Positions 57,619 to 64,000 of a stretch of DNA of 64,000 bases are shown one piece after another. Every line of letters begins with the position of its first letter. Within the stretch, counting starts at the first letter, position 1. Origin of the DNA: Ignavibacteriales bacterium (GTDB lineage: Bacteria; Bacteroidota; Ignavibacteria; UBA10030; BY39); assembly GCA_037443545.1 (NCBI GenBank), contig JBBIOD010000004.1, positions 18,683-82,682 on the forward strand, in the 5' to 3' direction. A model generated the notes under the pieces. It searched no databases. It was not told the origin of the DNA and saw nothing but the letters and a program-made list of their open reading frames with translations. The translations under genes and the position numbers were made by a program.

Positions 57619-58128
57619 ATGAATTTGATCGATATACTATTTTACTTCTTTGCAACAATCTCTGTAGTTTCAGCATCGATTGTTGTTTTTTCAAAAAATA
57701 TAATTTACTCGGCTTTTTCGTTGTTATTCACTTTTTTTGCAGTAGCCGGACTTTACGTTTTGCTGAACGCCGATTTTCTTGCTATCACTCAATTACTTAT
57801 TTATGTGGGGGGTATTTTAGTGCTGATGTTATTCGGGGTAATGTTAACTCATAAAGTTATAAGTGTGGACATTAAATCAGGCACGTTAAAAATTTTACCC
57901 GCTGCGCTTATTACTTCAATGATTGCTGGAACTCTCATTGGCATCTTCACTGTAACCGATTGGAAAATTGCACCGGCACAAACCGCCGACCCAATTCCAA
58001 CAGCCAAAGGGATTGGTGAAATGTTTATGACAACTTGGCTATTACCATTCGAGGTTGCATCGGTTATTTTGTTAATCGCTCTAATCGGTGCTGCAATCCT
58101 GGCAAGAAGAGAGAAACAAGCGAAATAG
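57619..58128 (+). CDS. nuoJ: NADH-quinone oxidoreductase subunit J
   Basis: 5-TM ND6-like protein at the correct operon position. Confidence 0.85.
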   Translation: MNLIDILFYFFATISVVSASIVVFSKNIIYSAFSLLFTFFAVAGLYVLLNADFLAITQLLIYVGGILVLMLFGVMLTHKVISVDIKSGTLKILPAALITSMIAGTLIGIFTVTDWKIAPAQTADPIPTAKGIGEMFMTTWLLPFEVASVILLIALIGAAILARREKQAK

Positions 58129-58171
58129 TGTTTAAAAACAGTAAACAAAAAAGAAATTTAACAGGCAATTA

Positions 58172-58483
58172 ATGTTACAAATAGGATTAACGCATTACTT
58201 AGTATTGAGCGCCATTTTATTTTCACTCGGAATTTGGGGCGTTGTATCTCGCCGCAATGCCATCTTGGTATTAATGGGCATCGAATTAATTCTTAATGCC
58301 GCGAATATAAATTTTATCGCCTTCTCTCGTTACGGCACTTTAAATCTAGACGGTCACATGGCTGCCATTTTTGTAATAGTCCTCGCAGCAGCCGAAGCTG
58401 CCATTGCTTTAGCAATCGTTTTAAACATCTATAAAACTTTCCAAACTGTGAACGTTGATGAAATTAATAAGTTGAAAGAATAG
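58172..58483 (+). CDS. nuoK: NADH-quinone oxidoreductase subunit K
   Basis: …LSAILFSLGIWGVVSRRNAILVLMGIELILNAANINFIAFS… is the ND4L signature. Confidence 0.9.
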   Translation: MLQIGLTHYLVLSAILFSLGIWGVVSRRNAILVLMGIELILNAANINFIAFSRYGTLNLDGHMAAIFVIVLAAAEAAIALAIVLNIYKTFQTVNVDEINKLKE

Positions 58484-58492
58484 TTTGAAGAT

Positions 58493-60760
58493 ATGAACCA
58501 GGAATTAATTTTAATATTAACAATTTCGAACCTGCTAATACCATTAGTATCGTTTTTGATCTTAATATTCTTCGGCAAACGGCTCCCTCGCGGCGGCGAT
58601 GTTATCGGAACGTCTCTTTTATTTGCGATGCTTGCATCAGCTTTGACTGTAATGTTTTCCAAACTCATCCTTTTCCCCGATGACGTAATACAAGTATCTT
58701 TCAAATGGCTTACTTTCGGGAATGTTCCTTTTATCGGACAGCTCGATCTACATTTAGGAATGGTCGTCGATAATCTATCTGCAATTATGGTTGTTGTGGT
58801 TGCAATCGTAAGCGCACTCGTTCATCTCTTCTCAATCGGATATATGAAAGATGATATCCGCTATTCACGCTACTTCGCTTATCTCGGTTTCTTCACTTTT
58901 TCGATGATGATAATTGTCATTACCAATAACTTTTTTACAATGTATGTTGGTTGGGAATTAGTCGGTATAAGCTCGTATCTGTTAATTGGTCATTGGTTCG
59001 AGAAGAAGTCAGCATCCGATGCTGCGATAAAGGCATTCATTGTAAACCGGATAGGCGACCTTGGAATGTTTGCCGGTGTGATGATAATATTTTTTACCTT
59101 CAGAACATTCTCGTTCGATGCAATTTTTTCGGCGATAGCGTCCGGTCAAATTCCGATGGGAAGCGAAACTTGGCTAACCGCAGCGGGCATTTTAATTTTC
59201 TGCGGTGCGATAGGAAAATCGGCACAATTTCCTCTACACGTATGGCTGCCCGATGCTATGGAGGGTCCAACGCCTGTTAGCGCATTGATTCATGCCGCAA
59301 CTATGGTTGCGGCAGGTGTTTATCTTGTCGCCCGTGTATTTGTTATGTTCACAGCCGACTCTTTAATATTTATTTCTTACATCGGTGCGATAACTGCTTT
59401 CGTTGCCGCAACAATTGCGATCACCCAAAATGATATCAAAAAAGTTCTAGCTTACTCAACAATCTCTCAACTCGGTTATATGATTATGGGGCTTGGAGTA
59501 GGAGCTTACACTGCCGGATTTTTCCACCTCGTAACGCACGCCATGTTTAAAGCCGGTCTGTTCCTCGGTTCGGGTTCGGTTATTTACGGAATGCACCACT
59601 CTCTTCATCACCAACACGATCATCTCACCGACCCGCAGGATATTCGCAATATGGGGGGCTTGAAGAAAAAGATGCCTGTTACATTCTGGACTTTCCTTAT
59701 TTTTACTCTTGCAATTTCAGGCGTACCACTTACTTCCGGGTTCTTGAGTAAAGATTCAATATTGGCAGGGACACTCGCTTACGGAAATTTAACGGGGCAT
59801 TATTTGATTCCGGTTATCGGATTCTTAGTTGCCGGGCTTACAGCTTTCTATATGTTTAGGGTTGTGATAATTACATTTTTCGGTGAGCACAAAGATAAAC
59901 ACCGCATCGAACTCATTCACGAATCACCGGCAGTTATGACGATTCCATTGATAGTGTTTGCAGTTTTTTCTTTCTTTGCATTTTACTCGTTCAATCCGTT
60001 CGATGCAACCGCAGGATGGATTTATCAGTTGTTACCAAAACCTGAGTCGGTTGTTCCTATGGCAATGCGAGCAGCTAGCGTTGAAATATTCGGCGAAGCA
60101 TTTCATCACGCTCACTATCCGGCAATGTTTTTATCGCTTGCTGTTGCTGGTTTAGGTATTCTGTTAGCTTTTGCTACCTACCACTGGAAAAAAATTAACG
60201 CCGATGCAATCGCAAATCGGTTCAGCGGGCTTTATAAATTTTTACTTAATAAATGGTACTTCGATGAGTTGTACGGATTTGTTTTTGTTGCAGGCACTCA
60301 CGCTGTAACACGAATTATGAGATGGTTCGATAACAATATCATTGATGGTCTCGTGAACAACACGGGCAATTGGACGGTTGCTTTTACACTGGGCTATAAA
60401 GAACAATGGAAAGAACGCACATTAAGCAGTTCAATCTACATGACAGTCGCTATTCTTACATCAGTTTTTGTCGCCATATTTTCGTCGTCGGCACTCTGGC
60501 CCGATGCAACGGGATTTTTTAATTACATAGGTGCAATCGCAGGCGGAGTGCTTGCCGGACTGCTAACTCTGTTTTGTTTTTGGGTGGGTGCCGGCGGCTT
60601 CGATAAGTATGTTGTCGATGGCATGGTAAACGGGGTTGCGTATCTTTCTGGTTTCTTCGGTTTAGTTTTTAGAAAATTTCAAACAGGTCGGGTTCAAACA
60701 TATCTGATTTTTGCGATGTTTGGATTTATGATATTGTATTTTGTTTTTAGAACGTTTTAA
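58493..60760 (+). CDS. nuoL: NADH-quinone oxidoreductase subunit L (long form, 755 aa)
   Basis: …MYVGWELVGISSYLLIGHWFEK…GKSAQFPLHVWLPDAMEGPTPVSALIHAATMVAAGVYL…. Confidence 0.9.
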   Translation: MNQELILILTISNLLIPLVSFLILIFFGKRLPRGGDVIGTSLLFAMLASALTVMFSKLILFPDDVIQVSFKWLTFGNVPFIGQLDLHLGMVVDNLSAIMVVVVAIVSALVHLFSIGYMKDDIRYSRYFAYLGFFTFSMMIIVITNNFFTMYVGWELVGISSYLLIGHWFEKKSASDAAIKAFIVNRIGDLGMFAGVMIIFFTFRTFSFDAIFSAIASGQIPMGSETWLTAAGILIFCGAIGKSAQFPLHVWLPDAMEGPTPVSALIHAATMVAAGVYLVARVFVMFTADSLIFISYIGAITAFVAATIAITQNDIKKVLAYSTISQLGYMIMGLGVGAYTAGFFHLVTHAMFKAGLFLGSGSVIYGMHHSLHHQHDHLTDPQDIRNMGGLKKKMPVTFWTFLIFTLAISGVPLTSGFLSKDSILAGTLAYGNLTGHYLIPVIGFLVAGLTAFYMFRVVIITFFGEHKDKHRIELIHESPAVMTIPLIVFAVFSFFAFYSFNPFDATAGWIYQLLPKPESVVPMAMRAASVEIFGEAFHHAHYPAMFLSLAVAGLGILLAFATYHWKKINADAIANRFSGLYKFLLNKWYFDELYGFVFVAGTHAVTRIMRWFDNNIIDGLVNNTGNWTVAFTLGYKEQWKERTLSSSIYMTVAILTSVFVAIFSSSALWPDATGFFNYIGAIAGGVLAGLLTLFCFWVGAGGFDKYVVDGMVNGVAYLSGFFGLVFRKFQTGRVQTYLIFAMFGFMILYFVFRTF

Positions 60761-60791
60761 TCAATTAACATTACGGAGTATATAAGCTTCA

Positions 60792-62396
60792 ATGGAACTA
60801 AAATTTCTTAACATTGGAATATTAACTTGGATTACATTCTTACCAATCATAGGGATGATATTCATTCTCTTAATTCCTAAACAAAACGGGAATGCCATAC
60901 GGTGGACTTCAGTGGTTTTTACCGGCTTACAGGTAATTCTTGCTGTGCTAATTTATTTAGGGTTCAATAGAAGTCTCCCCGGTATCAACAATGCTGAAAC
61001 ATTTCAATTTGTAGAAAAATTTAACTGGATTAATGTTCAAAGTGTGCCTTGGATCGGTAGGATTGATATCGACTACTTTGTGGGTATCGACGGTTTAAGT
61101 GTTACGATGGTGTTGTTAACAGCCCTTATTTCTTTCATTGCAGTTTTTGCCTCGTGGAACATCAAGAAATCGCTGAACGGTTATTTTGCGTTATTACTTC
61201 TGTTAGATACGGGTATGATGGGTGTGTTCGTATCGCTCGACTTTTTCCTGTTCTACGTTTTTTGGGAAGTAATGCTGCTGCCGATGTATTTCTTAATCGG
61301 TATTTGGGGTGGACCTCGCCGCGAGTACGCTGCTATTAAATTTTTCCTCTATACGCTATTCGGAAGCGTGTTGATGCTTCTTGTAATGTTAGCCCTTTAT
61401 TTTAGTGTCTCTTATGTCGATCCTGCGACAGGCGAAAAAGTTCACACATTCAATATGTTGATGATGATGAATCCCGCTAACTACGATCCGAACTCTTTAC
61501 TCGGCGGACTTCATACAATTTGGCGATACGTTGCATACGTAGGTTTGTTCATCGGCTTTGCTATCAAAGTTCCGATCTTTCCTTTCCACACTTGGTTGCC
61601 CGATGCACACGTCGAAGCCCCAACTGCAATCAGTGTTATATTAGCAGGCGTTTTGTTAAAGATGGGAACTTACGGTTTGCTGAGAGTTTCATACCCGATG
61701 TTCCCCGATGGGATGGTTTACTTTGCGATTCCACTCGCAATACTTGGCTTTATAAATATCGTATATGGAGCGCTGGTCGCGATGGCGCAGACCGATTTCA
61801 AAAAGTTGATTGCATACTCAAGCATCAGTCACATGGGGGTAGTAATTTTAGGTATGGCTGCCCTCAACACGCAAGGTGTAACCGGTGCAGTAATGCAGAT
61901 GTTCAATCACGGAACAATCACCGCAATGCTCTTCTTGATTGTGGGTGTAATTTACGACCGTGCACACACACGCGGACTTAACGATTTTGGCGGACTCGCT
62001 CAGCAGATGCCTCGATATACGGGTATCGTAACGGTAGCTTTTTTTGCAGCTCTAGGCTTACCCGGATTAAGCGGATTTATAAGCGAAGCCTTTGCATTCT
62101 TGGGTGCATTCCAGGTGTTCAGGTGGATTACTATTGCTTCAACTTTAGGTATTGTGCTGACAGCCGCTTATATGTTATGGACTTTGCAAAGAATTTTTCT
62201 TGGAACACTTCCCGAAAAATGGAAAAACCTACCAGACATTAATGGACGCGAACTTTTTACATTGATTCCATTAGCCATTATCGTGATCTTTTTAGGTATT
62301 TATCCGAGTCCGTTAATTGATTTAATGAATTCATCAATCAATCATTTGGTCGAATTTGTAAGTGCGGGGGCTGGGATGCCGATGCCTACTCCATGA
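60792..62396 (+). CDS. nuoM: NADH-quinone oxidoreductase subunit M
   Basis: …FFLFYVFWEVMLLPMYFLIGIWGG… and …KVPIFPFHTWLPDAHVEAPTAISVILAGVLLKMGTYG…. Confidence 0.9.
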   Translation: MELKFLNIGILTWITFLPIIGMIFILLIPKQNGNAIRWTSVVFTGLQVILAVLIYLGFNRSLPGINNAETFQFVEKFNWINVQSVPWIGRIDIDYFVGIDGLSVTMVLLTALISFIAVFASWNIKKSLNGYFALLLLLDTGMMGVFVSLDFFLFYVFWEVMLLPMYFLIGIWGGPRREYAAIKFFLYTLFGSVLMLLVMLALYFSVSYVDPATGEKVHTFNMLMMMNPANYDPNSLLGGLHTIWRYVAYVGLFIGFAIKVPIFPFHTWLPDAHVEAPTAISVILAGVLLKMGTYGLLRVSYPMFPDGMVYFAIPLAILGFINIVYGALVAMAQTDFKKLIAYSSISHMGVVILGMAALNTQGVTGAVMQMFNHGTITAMLFLIVGVIYDRAHTRGLNDFGGLAQQMPRYTGIVTVAFFAALGLPGLSGFISEAFAFLGAFQVFRWITIASTLGIVLTAAYMLWTLQRIFLGTLPEKWKNLPDINGRELFTLIPLAIIVIFLGIYPSPLIDLMNSSINHLVEFVSAGAGMPMPTP

Positions 62397-62463
62397 TGGG
62401 AGTATATGATATTTAAGTAATCGAGTAGATGAGATTTTTTTTTTTAATTTTTAATTGGATTTT

Positions 62464-63957
62464 ATGTTACAACAAATATTAGACAGCGTAAAAATATTTC
62501 AGCCGGAAATTACTCTCGTTATTGTTCTTTGTGCGGCTCTATTGATCGATTTGATCGTTAAAAACAAACCGCAGCTTATTGCATCGATTGTTATTGCTGG
62601 TTTGTTTGTCGCCGGGTATTTCGTAATCCAACAAAACGGAGTAGCTGTTTCGATTTTTAGTGGTATGTTTGTTGTCGACTCGTTTTCGGTTTTCTTCAAA
62701 GTAATTATTTTATTGACTTCAATTTTTGTAGTTATGTTCTCGATGCAATCGAAAGAACTTAACAACGGAAAACGGAAGTTAGGCGAGTATTATGCTTTCG
62801 TTATTTCTATGACTTTAGGAATGTTTTTGATGACCGGCGCCAGCAATTTACTAATGATGTATCTTTCTATCGAACTTACCTCTTTAAGCTCATACATACT
62901 TGCCGGATACAAAAAAGAAACTCCGGATTCCAGTGAAGCATCGCTCAAATATATTATTTACGGTGCAGTATCATCGGGTATGCTGCTTTACGGAATTTCA
63001 ATACTATACGGGCTGACAGGCTCGCTGAATATATACGACGTAAATCAGGTAATACAACAAGGCGGAGTCGGCTTGCTTGCTTTGATAACCGCAAACCTGT
63101 TAATGATTGTCGGTTTTGGTTTTAAAATATCGGCCGTCCCGTTCCACTTCTGGACGCCCGATGTTTACGAAGGTGCACCTATCACAATTACAGCATTCTT
63201 ATCAGTGGCGTCGAAAGCTGCCGGTTTTGCTCTGATGATGCGTTACTTCTTTGTAAGTTATTACGACCCGCTGGCAAGTGCAATCAACGGTTATTTCACT
63301 ACCGTTGGTGGTTTCGATTGGCACATCATAATCGCGATTCTTTCGGTCGCTACTATGACAATCGGAAACTTCACAGCGGTTTGGCAGAACAATCTCAAGC
63401 GTCTACTTGCTTATTCAAGTATCGCCCACGCCGGTTATATGATGATGGGTGTTGTAGTATTAAACAACGAAGGAATTTCTGCAATAATGATTTACTTTGC
63501 AACTTACCTGTTCATGAACTTGGGTGCTTTTTATATCGTAATGTTGATTGCAGACAAAATAGGGAGTGAAGATATCGATGCATATAAAGGTTTAGGGTAT
63601 AAAGCACCGTTTATATCCTTGGTGTTAGCGATATTTTTGATCTCTTTGACCGGACTTCCGCCAACTGCCGGATTTATCGGGAAGTTATATCTCTTCGCAG
63701 CGCTAATAAACAACGGTTGGATATGGCTCGCCATTGTCGGTGTGTTAAACAGCGTTGTATCGCTTTACTATTATGTTCGCATTTTCAGAAATATGTTTTT
63801 ACGCGACATCGATATCGAACACGAACCCACCAAGTTCAGCCCGTCTCATTTTATTGTTGCTCTTTTATTAGTTATCCCGACTTTGGTTTTGGGGTTGTAT
63901 TTCGGACCGCTTGTCGATTTTGCACAAGCTTCGGTTGGAATATTCGGTATTAAGTAA
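62464..63957 (+). CDS. nuoN: NADH-quinone oxidoreductase subunit N
   Basis: …FKISAVPFHFWTPDVYEGAPITITAFLSVASKAAGFALMMRY…. Starts at the first ATG (the track begins at an upstream TTG, 62455). Confidence 0.9.
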   Translation: MLQQILDSVKIFQPEITLVIVLCAALLIDLIVKNKPQLIASIVIAGLFVAGYFVIQQNGVAVSIFSGMFVVDSFSVFFKVIILLTSIFVVMFSMQSKELNNGKRKLGEYYAFVISMTLGMFLMTGASNLLMMYLSIELTSLSSYILAGYKKETPDSSEASLKYIIYGAVSSGMLLYGISILYGLTGSLNIYDVNQVIQQGGVGLLALITANLLMIVGFGFKISAVPFHFWTPDVYEGAPITITAFLSVASKAAGFALMMRYFFVSYYDPLASAINGYFTTVGGFDWHIIIAILSVATMTIGNFTAVWQNNLKRLLAYSSIAHAGYMMMGVVVLNNEGISAIMIYFATYLFMNLGAFYIVMLIADKIGSEDIDAYKGLGYKAPFISLVLAIFLISLTGLPPTAGFIGKLYLFAALINNGWIWLAIVGVLNSVVSLYYYVRIFRNMFLRDIDIEHEPTKFSPSHFIVALLLVIPTLVLGLYFGPLVDFAQASVGIFGIK

Positions 63958-64000
63958 ATAGAGTAAGCATCCATCAAGCCGTAACTGAAAGCAATTAAGT

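Noticed and set aside
1-64000. CRISPR arrays, rRNA, tRNA and IS transposases
   Set aside because: I saw no regularly spaced direct repeats, no rRNA-like conserved stretches, no cloverleaf-compatible tRNA candidates, and no DDE/tyrosine/serine recombinase ORFs anywhere in the window.

Overview
This 64-kb window looks like chromosomal DNA from a low-GC, Gram-negative bacterium of the FCB group (Ignavibacteria/Bacteroidota-like). Three observations support that placement. Four proteins carry Type IX secretion system (T9SS) C-terminal sorting domains. The NADH dehydrogenase (nuo) operon has 11 subunits and lacks nuoEFG. The spacing of stops, starts and 1-4-nt overlaps indicates the standard genetic code. 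The window is densely coding on both strands. In order it contains: a 5'-truncated T9SS cargo gene; a decayed HExxH membrane-protein gene; a membrane-anchored PP2C phosphatase; an alpha-glucan/carbohydrate block (an esterase, a glycogen-debranching-enzyme-like glycoside hydrolase, and a DUF5916/CBM9-like protein); acetate kinase (ackA); an operon encoding a secreted protein with four internal repeats followed by a POTRA-less Omp85-like barrel; aconitase and isocitrate dehydrogenase; a TPR lipoprotein; DUF3467 plus a GH57 branching enzyme; an uncharacterised lipoprotein plus outer-membrane-barrel pair; a candidate bacterial ceramide gene cluster (ilvE, bCerS-like GNAT, spt, and a divergent cerR-like reductase); two very large T9SS-region cargo proteins (a Ycf48-like propeller fused to an M28 peptidase, and a protein with three lamin-tail domains); a conserved block yggS-divIVA-pnp-ileS-(DksA/TraR zinc-finger)-lspA-rluD; a glycosylasparaginase plus a GH5 T9SS cargo; eamA, trmH and a thioredoxin-like gene; and the nuoABCDHIJKLMN operon. 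The nuo operon carries a small four-helix-bundle gene, flanked by 31-bp inverted repeats, inserted between nuoH and nuoI. I found no rRNA, tRNA or CRISPR. The most unusual elements are the two translationally coupled modules of a secreted protein plus an outer-membrane barrel, the inverted-repeat-flanked insertion in the nuo operon, the DksA/TraR zinc-finger protein with a histone-H1-like tail next to a type-2 ileS, and two decayed ORFs interrupted only by in-frame stops.
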